DNA of 64,000 nucleotides from Bacteroidaceae bacterium. GTDB taxonomy: Bacteria; Bacteroidota; Bacteroidia; Bacteroidales; Bacteroidaceae. This document shows positions 45,217-55,387 of the stretch, one piece after another (the stretch's first letter is position 1; the number at the start of each line of letters is the position of its first letter). Under the pieces are notes generated by a model. The model did no database searches, was not told where the DNA came from, and saw nothing but the letters and a program-made list of their open reading frames with translations. Made by a program: the position numbers and the translations under genes. The stretch covers positions 5,049 through 69,048 of the forward strand of contig CAVJZR010000001.1 of assembly GCA_963654235.1 (NCBI GenBank), given 5' to 3'.

Positions 45217-45466
45217 GACTTTGCTTTTGGGTGTAAAATTAATTATTTTATTCGATGCCACCGAATAAAAAACGATAATTTTATTCAGTGGCATCGAATA
45301 AAAAAATCTTAATAATACATTTTCTATACTTTCCTAGGGGCGCTTTCGGCTTAATAATACACTTTTCTAGGGCTGTATACCGTTGGTTGTTAGAGCATAA
45401 CGTTTATTTCTAGGCGGGGAAGGCCTCCTTGATATTATCTTTAATAATGGAAAGAAAACACAAATA

Positions 45467-45502
45467 CCATAGTTTTATCTTTTACGGAAGACAAAACTAT
45501 GG
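45467..45502 (-). terminator. Terminator of the kinase-like gene
   Basis: CCATAGTTTTATCTT / AAGACAAAACTATGG (15 bp, one mismatch), followed by a T-rich run on the minus strand. Confidence 0.6.
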
Positions 45503-45575
45503 TAGGTCAAGACACACATGAGCGGTGTTTGCAGCACCACAGGAGGAGTGGCTATCTAAGCTAGAACAGTTGGAC

Positions 45576-47237
45576 TTAATACTTGAACGAGCTTCCTCCT
45601 AGGAACTCCCTGATAAGCGAGGTGGGCGGCAAGGTACGGTTGGGGATAGGATGAATGTATCCCAAGAACTTACGGAGGCGATAAGCTTCGGCATATTCGG
45701 GGCAGTTTTCGGGCACCTGTTCGAGGAGCGGTTCGGCTTGCTGCTTGATCACTGCGAGCTCAAAGAGCATGGCGGTGTTAAACATTGCGTCGGCATTCTC
45801 TTGATAAGGGAAGATCCACTTGTTCTCGCCAGCACGCACCGAAGGCCATCGGTGGATGGTTTCCTGTGCATTGACACCACGATACTTGTAGTCGCGGATG
45901 ATGCGGCGAAGCAGTCGGTTGTCGGTGGTAGGGATATAGTTGTGGTCATCCAGCAGAATGGTGGTCAGCGCAGAGATATACACCCGAAACTTCTTATCCT
46001 CACTTATCTGTGCCGTGAGTTCGGGATTGAGGGCATGGATACCCTCCACCACCAACACCTGATTGGCTTCAAGATGCAGTTTCTTACCGCTGCGTTCGCT
46101 CTTACCCGTTTGGAAGTTGTACTTAGGTAGCTCCACTGTTTCGCCGTTGAATAGCTGTTGTAGCTGTTGGTTGATCAGCGGGATGTTCAGCGCATAGATG
46201 CTCTCATAGTCGTATTCGCCATTGGCATCCTTGGGCGTCTGCTCTCGGTTGACAAAATAGTCGTCTAGGGAGATCTGCACCGGCCTGATGCCATTGGTGA
46301 CAAGCTGGATGGAGAGACGCTTACAGAAGGTAGTCTTGCCTGACGAACTAGGACCGGCGATGAGCACCATCCGTGTGCCCTTGCGAGAGGCTATCTGATC
46401 GGCGATGAGCGAGATTTTCTTTTCTTGCAAGGCTTCACTGACATTGATCAGATCGGTAGAGAAACCCGCTTTCACGGCGGTGTTAAAGTCGCCCACGGTA
46501 CTGATGCCTAGGATGCGATTCCAGCGGTGTTGCTCCTTAAAGATATCAAACATCTTGTCCTGCTTGATCATCTCGCCAAGGCGTGAAGGATCTTCTCGGG
46601 ACGGGATACGCAGCAGCAGACCATCAAAATAAGGTTCTACGCCATAGAGCGTGAGCTGCGAGGTGTTGGTCAGCAAGGCCCCGTAGTAATAGTCCACATA
46701 GTTGTCCAGCTGATAATAAGTGGTGTATAGCTTGCCCGTACTCTTGAGTAGGCGCACCTTAGAGGTGTTGCCGCGTTCCTCAAAGAGCCTTATGGCTTCG
46801 TCGGTTGGCACTTCGAACCGACGGATGGGCAACTTCGCTTCTACGATCTGTTGCATACGGCGGCGTATCTTCTCTATATCGTCTTGCGTGATGGCGTGAC
46901 CTATGTTTAGATAGCAGTAGTAGCCATTGCTGACGGGAGTGTCGATGACCGTCTGTGCGGTGGGAAAAAGGTCGTGCACAGCCTTGCAGAGCACCATGAA
47001 GAGCGTACGCGTATAGGTGCGAGAGCCCGATGAGGTGGTGATGTCTTGGTATTCCACATCCTTGTTGTGATACAATCGGTAGTGGAGACCCTCCACCTTG
47101 TTGTTGACCATCGCATTGATGGGTGTGTGCTTCATGTTGAGCTGAAGCAGCGTATAGGCTTCAGAGAGCGTGCTGCCCACTGGTATCTCTAGGGTCTGAC
47201 CATTGTTCTTACAACGTATCTGTATCGTATGTTTCAT
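45576..47237 (-). CDS. Uridine/nucleoside kinase-family protein with an N-terminal TGS-like extension
   Basis: 553 aa. P-loop IAGPSSSGKTTF in the C-terminal half and a PRK/uridine-kinase-like layout. Confidence 0.68.
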   Translation of the reverse strand: MKHTIQIRCKNNGQTLEIPVGSTLSEAYTLLQLNMKHTPINAMVNNKVEGLHYRLYHNKDVEYQDITTSSGSRTYTRTLFMVLCKAVHDLFPTAQTVIDTPVSNGYYCYLNIGHAITQDDIEKIRRRMQQIVEAKLPIRRFEVPTDEAIRLFEERGNTSKVRLLKSTGKLYTTYYQLDNYVDYYYGALLTNTSQLTLYGVEPYFDGLLLRIPSREDPSRLGEMIKQDKMFDIFKEQHRWNRILGISTVGDFNTAVKAGFSTDLINVSEALQEKKISLIADQIASRKGTRMVLIAGPSSSGKTTFCKRLSIQLVTNGIRPVQISLDDYFVNREQTPKDANGEYDYESIYALNIPLINQQLQQLFNGETVELPKYNFQTGKSERSGKKLHLEANQVLVVEGIHALNPELTAQISEDKKFRVYISALTTILLDDHNYIPTTDNRLLRRIIRDYKYRGVNAQETIHRWPSVRAGENKWIFPYQENADAMFNTAMLFELAVIKQQAEPLLEQVPENCPEYAEAYRLRKFLGYIHPIPNRTLPPTSLIREFLGGSSFKY

Positions 47238-47430
47238 AAGGTTTGGGGTTAGGATTGATTGTTTATAGTTCTAAAGGGGGTTGACTATGCAAAGATAGGA
47301 TATTAATCGTCCCTTTACAAGTCATCCATAGGTATTTAACGATATTTTACCCCTTATCCATTTCTTCGTCATACGATAGCTTTCACAGCGTCATCACTGC
47401 CCTTTTATCATCCGATAGAGGCATGAATGG

Positions 47431-47507
47431 AAGGAAAAATAAATTATTCTTTGGAGAAAAATAAATTAATTTTCCTAGAAAAACAATTTATTTTTCCATC
47501 CGAAAGC
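47431..47507 (+). repeat. Triple AAATAAATT-box element, copy S3
   Basis: GGAAAAATAAATTATTC / GAGAAAAATAAATTAATTTTCC / AAAAACAATTTATTTTTCC, followed by ATCCGAAAGC. Confidence 0.7.
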
Positions 47508-47674
47508 AACCTTACAAGAAGGTGAAAGTTAGCATTTTGCCCGTTAAGAAAGCCGATAACGGACAATGTTCAAATATTTACGGGAAAACATTTGCAAGTA
47601 TCTTTGAGATTCATTACTTTTGCTTGCATATTGTAAATAGACGAACCTTCCTTATTAAACAAAACACATACCTT

Positions 47675-48160
47675 ATGGAAAATATAGATAAGTTAGACCG
47701 AAAAATACTTGGCATATTGTCAACCAACGCACGTCTACCTTTCAAGGACGTAGCCGCTCAATGCGGCGTGTCACGCGCCGCCATTCACCAACGTGTACAA
47801 CGACTGGTTGACGATGGCGTGATTGTAGGCAGCGGCTTCCACATCAACCCTAAGAGTCTAGGCTATTACACCTGCACCTATATCGGTATCAACCTGGAAC
47901 GCGGTTCGATGTATCGCGAGGTGGTGGACCGATTGATGTCCATTCCCGAGATAGTGGAGTGTCACTTCACCACTGGTCCTTACACGATGTTGGTGAAGCT
48001 CTACGCCAAGGACAACGAGCAGCTCATGGAGTTGCTCAACGATCAGTTGCAGTCGATACCCGGTGTGGTCAACACGGAGACCCTTATCTCGCTGGAGCAA
48101 AGCATCAAACGCGAGATTCCTATCTCTCCTGAACCTTCTAAACCCAAGGCTGACAAATAA
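47675..48160 (+). CDS. Lrp/AsnC family transcriptional regulator
   Basis: Start set at MENIDKLDRKILGIL, downstream of TAnnTTTG boxes at 47599-47622. HTH_AsnC plus a RAM-like C-terminal domain. Confidence 0.85.
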   Translation: MENIDKLDRKILGILSTNARLPFKDVAAQCGVSRAAIHQRVQRLVDDGVIVGSGFHINPKSLGYYTCTYIGINLERGSMYREVVDRLMSIPEIVECHFTTGPYTMLVKLYAKDNEQLMELLNDQLQSIPGVVNTETLISLEQSIKREIPISPEPSKPKADK

Positions 48161-48183
48161 CTATAAAGCACGATTAAGAAGAA

Positions 48184-50085
48184 ATGAACTTTTCGCTTGA
48201 TAACCATCTGGACACGTTCTACACACGCTTCCCAGAGGGAAATCGTCAGCCCGTGATTGGGTTGACAGCCAACTTTAATGACGGTAACGCACTGCTCAGC
48301 GAGCGCTATTATCAGCAAGTGATTGATGCGGGAGGCACGCCAGTGCTCATTCCGCCTACAGCAACACCCGATGTGCTAATCAACATCTTGGATCATATAG
48401 ATGGATTGCTGCTCACGGGTGGGGCTGACATTAACCCGCTATGGGCAGGGGAGCAACCCTCCACACACCTCCACGGCATCAACGCCAAGCGCGATCTATC
48501 CGAGCTGTTGCTCACACGGCTAGCTTACAATCGGCAGATACCTATGTTGGGCATCTGTCGAGGCATACAAACCCTCGTGACGGCACTGGGCGGCAAGGTG
48601 CAACAGGATATCTATGAGGATTATATCCCTCATGCCACCATGCCTGAGAAGAGCAAGAGCGGCGCGACATTGGGTTCACCATTTGCACCAGCAACCATCA
48701 AGCACAGTCAGGATGCCGACCGCTCTGAACCTACCCATAGCGTACAGGTTGTGGCTGGCACCATGCTCGCCAACATCTATCATGCTGAGACGCTCTACGT
48801 CAACTCATTCCACCATCAAGCGGTGAAGGAGACGGGCAAGCGTTTTCGCATCTCAGCTAGATCGACGGATGGCGTGATAGAAGCCATCGAGAGCCGCGAG
48901 TTTAAGGGTATCATTGGTGTGCAGTGGCATCCGGAATGTCTCGGTGCTGAAGGACAGAGGCTCTTTGCTTGGCTGGTGGATCAAGCACGATGCTTCAGCG
49001 ATGCCAAACGCATACACAGCAAGACCTTGACGCTCGACACCCACTGCGATACGCCGATGTTCTTCCCACAAGGTGTGGCGTTCGATCAGCGTGATGAGCG
49101 CATTTTGGTAGACCTGCATAAGATGACCGATGGCAGACAAGACGCGGTGACTATGGCGGCTTACCTACCCCAACCCAATATAGGTGAGACGTTCTCGTCC
49201 AAGATTGATCTTGCGGGTATCATGAAATACAACGCCCAATTGGCTTCCAAGTATATCAGGCGGAAGGCGGGTGCATCAGCCAAAGAGCCCGAGCAGCTCT
49301 CTATCTCGCCCTTACAGTATGCCGACTTGATATTTGACAAGATTGAGGAAACGGTCAAGCAGAACAGTCGTTACCTAAGTATTGCCCGCACACCATCTGA
49401 TGTGTATGAGGACAAACGGAAGGGTCGTAAGTCTATTCTCTTTGCTATCGAGAACGGATTGGCGCTCGAGGGCAACCTTGCCAATGTGAAGTATTTTGCC
49501 CAGCGAGGTGTGACCTATATCACGTTGTGCCACAATGGGGACAACGATATATGCGACTCGGCACGCGGATGCAACACTCATGGCGGTGTGAGCCGATTTG
49601 GACGACAGGTGATAGAGGAGATGAACCATAACGGCATCATGGTGGATCTGAGCCACGGAGCCGAGAAGAGTTTCTGGGACGCGCTTGAGATCAGTGCTAC
49701 ACCTATCGTTTGCAGTCATGCCAACTGCCGTGCGCTATGTGATCACCCACGCAACCTCACCGATGATCAGCTGCGCGCATTGGCCAAGAAAGGCGGTGTG
49801 GCACACATCACGCTCTACCACGGATTTCTGAAAAAAGAGGGTGAAGCTACCGTGCGTGACGCGCTTGCTCACCTGGAGCATGCCATCGAGGTGGCAGGCA
49901 TCGATCATGTGGGTATCGGAACCGACTTTGATGGTGACGGAGGTGTACGCGGCTTTGCCGATGCATCAGAGATGATACAGTTTACCATGCACCTGATGCG
50001 CCGAAAATATAGCGAGAAAGACATAGAAAAGATATGGGGTGGCAACTGGCTAAGAGTGATGTCTAAGGTGCAACGACAGCGATAA
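48184..50085 (+). CDS. Fusion protein: class I glutamine amidotransferase/peptidase C26-like N-domain + membrane dipeptidase (M19) C-domain
   Basis: GICRGIQ nucleophile elbow and WHPE in the N-terminal half. LDTHCDTP, VDLSH and GTDFDGDGG dipeptidase motifs in the C-terminal half. Confidence 0.8.
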   Translation: MNFSLDNHLDTFYTRFPEGNRQPVIGLTANFNDGNALLSERYYQQVIDAGGTPVLIPPTATPDVLINILDHIDGLLLTGGADINPLWAGEQPSTHLHGINAKRDLSELLLTRLAYNRQIPMLGICRGIQTLVTALGGKVQQDIYEDYIPHATMPEKSKSGATLGSPFAPATIKHSQDADRSEPTHSVQVVAGTMLANIYHAETLYVNSFHHQAVKETGKRFRISARSTDGVIEAIESREFKGIIGVQWHPECLGAEGQRLFAWLVDQARCFSDAKRIHSKTLTLDTHCDTPMFFPQGVAFDQRDERILVDLHKMTDGRQDAVTMAAYLPQPNIGETFSSKIDLAGIMKYNAQLASKYIRRKAGASAKEPEQLSISPLQYADLIFDKIEETVKQNSRYLSIARTPSDVYEDKRKGRKSILFAIENGLALEGNLANVKYFAQRGVTYITLCHNGDNDICDSARGCNTHGGVSRFGRQVIEEMNHNGIMVDLSHGAEKSFWDALEISATPIVCSHANCRALCDHPRNLTDDQLRALAKKGGVAHITLYHGFLKKEGEATVRDALAHLEHAIEVAGIDHVGIGTDFDGDGGVRGFADASEMIQFTMHLMRRKYSEKDIEKIWGGNWLRVMSKVQRQR

Positions 50086-50127
50086 GCACCGCCTACCCAG
50101 TAATATGGAAGTAACAATAAAACAATA

Positions 50128-51189
50128 ATGAAACGACCAACAACAATGAAGATAATAGTCGTTGTGGTGCTCGTGGCGCTGATCGGAGCTTTCACAACGG
50201 GTTGGAAACAGCTATCTGGCTCTCATGATGCTGACGATAGCGAAACAGATACGGCAATGGTAGCAAAACCCCTAGGACCTAAGTTTGACGCTGACTCGGC
50301 TTACACGTTCTGCGCAGCACAATGCGCCTTTGGTGAACGCGTCATGAACAGCCCCGCACACGAGAAGTGTGGCCAATGGATTGTGAACAAATTCAAGCAA
50401 TACGGCTGCGAGGTGACCGAGCAGAAGGTGGATCTCAAGGGTTATGACGGCACCGTGCTCAAGACCACAAACATCATTGCGCAATACAATCCCAAAGCCA
50501 CGCGACGCGTGATGCTCTGCGCTCACTGGGACGCTCGCCCTTGGGCTGACAACGATCCCGACTCTACCAAGCACCACATGCCCGTGATGGCTGCCAATGA
50601 TGGCGCTAGCGGTGTGGGCGTATTGCTCGAGGTGGCTCGCCAACTCAACCTCATGGCAACCTCGAAGGGCAAAGAGGCGGAGGCTTTACCACGCGACCTC
50701 GGTGTAGACTTTGTTTGTTTCGACGCTGAGGACTGGGGTTTGCCACAGTGGGTGACCGACTATCAAGGTCAGGATGACACTTGGGCGCTGGGCGCACAGC
50801 ATTTCTCTAAAAACTATCCATTGCCCGTCAAACCGATGTTCAGTGTGCTGCTGGATATGGTAGGGGGCGAAGGCGCACAGTTCTACCGCGAGGGTATGTC
50901 GGTAGAATACGCTTCAGACGTGGTCAACCGCGTTTGGCAAGCAGCTAAGAACGCCGGTTATGCCAACTACTTCCCTGACGAACAGGGTGGCATGGTAACC
51001 GATGACCATATTCCTCTGAACCAAAACGCAGGCATTCCGACGGCAGATGTGATAGCCTACTACCCCGATTGCCAACAGAGCAGCTTCGGTCCTACATGGC
51101 ACACGGTGTCTGACACGATGGATCACATAGACCGCAACACCTTGCAAGCAGTGGGTCAAACGATGATTCAGATGCTTTGGGAAATCTGA
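50128..51189 (+). CDS. M28-family zinc peptidase fold, glutaminyl-peptide cyclotransferase-like
   Basis: 353 aa with an N-terminal anchor/signal. HWDARPWAD, DGASGVGVLLE and FDAEDWG motifs. Confidence 0.72.
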   Translation: MKRPTTMKIIVVVVLVALIGAFTTGWKQLSGSHDADDSETDTAMVAKPLGPKFDADSAYTFCAAQCAFGERVMNSPAHEKCGQWIVNKFKQYGCEVTEQKVDLKGYDGTVLKTTNIIAQYNPKATRRVMLCAHWDARPWADNDPDSTKHHMPVMAANDGASGVGVLLEVARQLNLMATSKGKEAEALPRDLGVDFVCFDAEDWGLPQWVTDYQGQDDTWALGAQHFSKNYPLPVKPMFSVLLDMVGGEGAQFYREGMSVEYASDVVNRVWQAAKNAGYANYFPDEQGGMVTDDHIPLNQNAGIPTADVIAYYPDCQQSSFGPTWHTVSDTMDHIDRNTLQAVGQTMIQMLWEI

Positions 51190-51212
51190 TCGGAGATTTT
51201 TCACTAAAAAAA

Positions 51213-51258
51213 TCGCCCGAGTATCGTCTGCCAAACGATACTCGGGCGAAATGCTTTT
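51213..51258 (+). terminator. Rho-independent terminator
   Basis: 15-bp stem TCGCCCGAGTATCGT / ACGATACTCGGGCGA with a 7-nt loop. Confidence 0.75.
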
Positions 51259-51504
51259 ATACAACGTCCACCACTAAAAATCTTCACTCTTCCTTGCCTT
51301 CTCGCACCTTGAGATTCTCTCTTGAGCCCCTGCTATACCACTGATATTAACCTTTTTTATCGTGTTACGAATCATTATCAGCGATTTTGGTAATTCTAAC
51401 CGGAAATTATTTATCATCTGTTAGGTATAAAAGGTCTAATTTTGCAAGCGTAAGATATTCGTTATTGACATCTCATGTTTCACCTCTTTATATATTATAA
51501 CACG

Positions 51505-52122
51505 ATGAGAAGAATCTTTTACACGCTAGTAGTGATGATGATGGCTACGTTCCATCTCTCTTCCTGCGCTCAAAACAAATCACAAGAACAAAACACTGGT
51601 AATATGAAATCGACAAAAACGCTCGTTGTCTACTACTCACGCACCGGTAACAATTATGGTGTGGGTAACATCAAGGAGGGCAACACCCAAGTGATGGCTC
51701 AGATGATTGCTGACGAATGGGGTGCCGATCTGTTCCAAGTGGAGCCTGTCAAGGAGTATCCCGCTGACTATACCGCTTGCACCGAGGTGGCCAAGACGGA
51801 GCATAACAGCAACGCTCGCCCTGAGATCAAAGCCGATAAGGACATCGCCGCTTATGACACCATCTTCATCGGATACCCCATCTGGTGGGGCGATGCACCG
51901 ATGCCGCTATACACGTTCATAGAGAAGCACCAATGGAACGGCAAGACCGTCATCCCGTTCTGTACGCATGAGGGTAGCGGTCTGTGCAACGAGGATGACA
52001 TCCAGAGCGCTTGCAAGGGCGCCACACTGCTCAAGGGCCTTGATATGTATGGCCATGTGGCTCAGAACAATCGCAACGAAGCCCGTCAACAGGTGCATCA
52101 GTGGTTGAACAATATCAGATAG
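51505..52122 (+). CDS. Flavodoxin-like protein with a lipoprotein-type signal
   Basis: Start set at MRRIFYTLVVMMMATFHLSSC. LVVYYSRTGNN and IFIGYPIWWG flavodoxin-fold motifs. Confidence 0.62.
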   Translation: MRRIFYTLVVMMMATFHLSSCAQNKSQEQNTGNMKSTKTLVVYYSRTGNNYGVGNIKEGNTQVMAQMIADEWGADLFQVEPVKEYPADYTACTEVAKTEHNSNARPEIKADKDIAAYDTIFIGYPIWWGDAPMPLYTFIEKHQWNGKTVIPFCTHEGSGLCNEDDIQSACKGATLLKGLDMYGHVAQNNRNEARQQVHQWLNNIR

Positions 52123-52157
52123 AACGCAATATTATAAACCTCAAAGATACTACTACA

Positions 52158-53099
52158 ATGAAGAAGTTGTTGATGATTTGCAGCGCGATGATGCTCTTCT
52201 TGACGGCATCGGCGCAACCCAAAGTGTATATGACACGAGAGATCAGTGCCGAATCATTGGTCCGAATATACAAGGCGCTCGGTGTGCCTGCTACTGGACG
52301 AGTGGCTATCAAGATCAGCACGGGCGAACAAGGGGGTAACAACTACCTGAAGCCCACGCTCATCCGAGGCCTTGTGGATGAGGTCAACGGCACGCTGGTG
52401 GAGTGTTGCACCGCCTACGGAGGAAGCAGACAGGACAAAGGAAAGCACTGGCAGACGGTGCACAATCATGGTTTCGACTCGATAGCCGCAGTGGATATCA
52501 TGGACGAATATGGTCAGATTCGCATCCCCGTACAGGACAAGAAGCACATCAAGTATGACATCGTGGGTGACCATCTGGCTCATTATGACTTCATGATCAA
52601 CCTTGCCCACTTTAAGGGACACGCCATGGGAGGATTTGGTGGCGTTCTCAAGAACCAGTCTATCGGTGTGGCTTCCACTGCTGGCAAAGCTTATATCCAC
52701 TCTGCTGGTAAGACGCAGTATGCCGATTCGCTATGGCAGAACATTGCCCAACAGGACGATTTCCTTGAGAGTATGGCTGCTGCAGCACAAGGTGTGGCCC
52801 AGTATTTCGGCAAGAATATTATCTATATAAACGTGATGAACAACATGAGTGTGGACTGCGACTGCGATGCGCACCCAGCCGATCCTATGCTAAAGGACAT
52901 GGGTATCCTTGCTTCCACTGACCCAGTGGCGCTGGATCAGGCTTGCCTGGACCTTGTGTTCAATCACAAAGCTACTCCGGGAGATGACGAGAAACCGCTC
53001 ATCGAACGCATCAACCGCCAGCACGAAACCTACATCACAGATTATGCGGAAAAGATAGGGCTCGGAAGCAAGAAGTATGAGCTGGTGATGATTCCTTAA
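52158..53099 (+). CDS. DUF362-like protein with a signal peptide
   Basis: Start set at MKKLLMICSAMMLFLTASAQ. The AHFKGHAMGGFGGVLKNQSIG block resembles DUF362 as I recall it. Confidence 0.5.
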   Translation: MKKLLMICSAMMLFLTASAQPKVYMTREISAESLVRIYKALGVPATGRVAIKISTGEQGGNNYLKPTLIRGLVDEVNGTLVECCTAYGGSRQDKGKHWQTVHNHGFDSIAAVDIMDEYGQIRIPVQDKKHIKYDIVGDHLAHYDFMINLAHFKGHAMGGFGGVLKNQSIGVASTAGKAYIHSAGKTQYADSLWQNIAQQDDFLESMAAAAQGVAQYFGKNIIYINVMNNMSVDCDCDAHPADPMLKDMGILASTDPVALDQACLDLVFNHKATPGDDEKPLIERINRQHETYITDYAEKIGLGSKKYELVMIP

Positions 53100-53289
53100 G
53101 AACCAATTGTTTCAATCATGATAGGCTTGTGCCTGCTGTCTATGCAGGCCTTGCCACCTTCCTTAAGCAAGACCCTAGAAGGTCCTGCTAGGGGCATTCA
53201 ATCTCAATAGAAAACTTATTTTTCAGTCTCTTGGATAAGGGAAAGTCCATTTTTAATACAGATTATTCAATCTCAAAAAGCTAGAAAGA

Positions 53290-55191
53290 ATGAAATTCAG
53301 TTCTCCAATAATAGTGTGTATATCTATGTGTGCAGTCGGTATCGCAACCTTCTCTTGCGTCTGCGAGGCTTATGCAGCAGACAAGAGAGAGGTTGCTCAT
53401 ACCGATTCACTCTTCACACATCCGCTGGATGAAGTGGTGGTAACGGGTAGCAACAACGCCACCTCTCGCAACCTATTGCCTTACACGGTTTCGGTGGTGG
53501 GTAGCAGACAACTGGAATCGACCGGCCACACCCAACTGCTATCAGCCTTGTCCGGTGAGATACCAAGCCTGTTTGTTTCCCAACGCAGCATGTTGGGCTT
53601 CGGCGTGAGCAACGGCGGCAGTGGCGGTATCAAGATTCGCGGTGTGGGAGGCTCCCCTACCAACGCCATCTTGATGATGGTGGACGGACAACCGCAGTTT
53701 GCTGGCATCTACTCACACCACGTAGCCGACTTCTACCAGACCGAGAATGTGGATCATGTAGAGGTGCTTCGTGGTCCTGGATCGGTGCTCTATGGCTCTA
53801 ACGCAATGGGCGGTGTGGTAAATGTAATCACGAAACAAGCGCAAGCTGATGGCGTAAAGACCACCCTCACGTCCCAATATGGCTCTTATAACACGTGGCA
53901 GACTTCTCTGACCAATATGATTCGCAAAGGACGTTTCTCTTCTTTGGTGTCGCTAGGATACGATCGCACCGATGGTACACAGGATCAGTTCGACTTCAAG
54001 CAAAGTTCGCTTTATGCCAAACTGGGTTACGATCTCACATCGCACCTCACGCTCTCGGCAGATTATTCGTTAATGAACTTTGTGGGTAACGACCCTATCT
54101 ATGCCAAGCTATCCAATCCGGAATCGACCGATATCTACCACCAAGATGTGATTCGGGGTGAGAGTTCGCTGTCATTGACTAACCGATCGGCATCGACCAA
54201 TGGCGCAGTGAGGGTTTATTACAGCTATGGCAACCACTTTATCGATGACCCACGCCACTTCCATAGCTTGGATGATCGGTTCGGTGTGTTGGCTTATCAG
54301 AACTTCAAGCCATGGAAAGCGGCACAAGCCACAGTGGGTTTCGACTTTGATACCTACACCGGTAAGATTCCCGTTTCGGGCGGAAGAGAGCATCAAGAAG
54401 GGTCGCTCTCCACGATGAACCGCAAGAGCATCACCGAATATTCGCCTTACATCACGCTGTCACAAGACTTATGGGAAGGACTGCTGACGCTCAATGGCGG
54501 ACTGCGTATGGCCAACAGCGACCGCTTTGGCACGCATTATGTTCCTCAACTGGGTTTCGCTCTGCATCCCACCGAGGCGCTGAACGTGAAGGTTTCCATG
54601 GCGAAAGGTTACCGCAACCCGTCGTTCCGCGAGATGTATCTGTATCGCACAGCCAACGAAGACCTTGATCCGGAAAGGTTAACCAACTATGAGGTGGGCG
54701 TGAGTTACCAGTTTGGGCGTTATCTCATAGCCGATCTGACGGGCTATTTCAGCCAAGGCAGCAACCTCATCCAAACCGTTGAGATGAAGAACGTGAACAC
54801 GGGGCGATTTATAAATAAAGGTATCGAACTGTCATTGCAGAGCCATCCCGTGGAGAATGTGCTCCTACGTGCCTCATACAGTTATCTGCATAGCAACCTG
54901 AACAACCTCACCGCAGCTCCGAAGAACCAATACTTCTTTGGCGTTACATGGGAGGCGCTGCCACAACTATCCATTGATGCCAACCTCAAAGGCGTAGGTG
55001 GTCTGTATGTTTCTGATGCTATGGCACACCAAAACTATGTGTTGTTACAGATGAAAACTGCTTATCGGGTGATGCGCTGGGCAGAGCTATTTGTCAATCT
55101 CGACAATCTCACCAACGCCAAGTACACCATCAACCGCGGATATGAGATGCCTGGAACCACCATCTCGGGCGGTTTCAAACTCCACTTCTAA
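53290..55191 (+). CDS. TonB-dependent receptor
   Basis: 633 aa. Signal peptide, TonB-box-like DEVVVTGS, plug motif VEVLRGPGSVLYGSNAMGGVVNVITK and a C-terminal aromatic residue (KLHF). Confidence 0.85.
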   Translation: MKFSSPIIVCISMCAVGIATFSCVCEAYAADKREVAHTDSLFTHPLDEVVVTGSNNATSRNLLPYTVSVVGSRQLESTGHTQLLSALSGEIPSLFVSQRSMLGFGVSNGGSGGIKIRGVGGSPTNAILMMVDGQPQFAGIYSHHVADFYQTENVDHVEVLRGPGSVLYGSNAMGGVVNVITKQAQADGVKTTLTSQYGSYNTWQTSLTNMIRKGRFSSLVSLGYDRTDGTQDQFDFKQSSLYAKLGYDLTSHLTLSADYSLMNFVGNDPIYAKLSNPESTDIYHQDVIRGESSLSLTNRSASTNGAVRVYYSYGNHFIDDPRHFHSLDDRFGVLAYQNFKPWKAAQATVGFDFDTYTGKIPVSGGREHQEGSLSTMNRKSITEYSPYITLSQDLWEGLLTLNGGLRMANSDRFGTHYVPQLGFALHPTEALNVKVSMAKGYRNPSFREMYLYRTANEDLDPERLTNYEVGVSYQFGRYLIADLTGYFSQGSNLIQTVEMKNVNTGRFINKGIELSLQSHPVENVLLRASYSYLHSNLNNLTAAPKNQYFFGVTWEALPQLSIDANLKGVGGLYVSDAMAHQNYVLLQMKTAYRVMRWAELFVNLDNLTNAKYTINRGYEMPGTTISGGFKLHF

Positions 55192-55272
55192 TATTCATTT
55201 CATCCTAAAGCCTTCATTTTCATTCAGTGTTAGTGTGAATAAGGTTTATATTTAAGAGGTTTATGTTTATCG

Positions 55273-55320
55273 GATCCTACTCTGGCAGAAAGCGTTCTGC
55301 GGAGTAGGATCTTTTGTTTT
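55273..55320 (+). terminator. Rho-independent terminator
   Basis: GATCCTACTC...GAGTAGGATC with an inner GCAGAA/TTCTGC pairing, then a T-run. Confidence 0.75.
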
Positions 55321-55387
55321 GTTCTGTTTCTGAAAATTAAAAAAGGGGAAAGGTTCGTTCGTTGTACCTTTCTACATATGGAGAATA

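Noticed and set aside
53100-53289. Possible riboswitch (cobalamin, thiamine or similar) upstream of the 633-aa TonB-dependent receptor
   Set aside because: I could not find a B12 box, a THI box or other diagnostic conserved cores by eye. An Infernal scan would settle it. No call is made.
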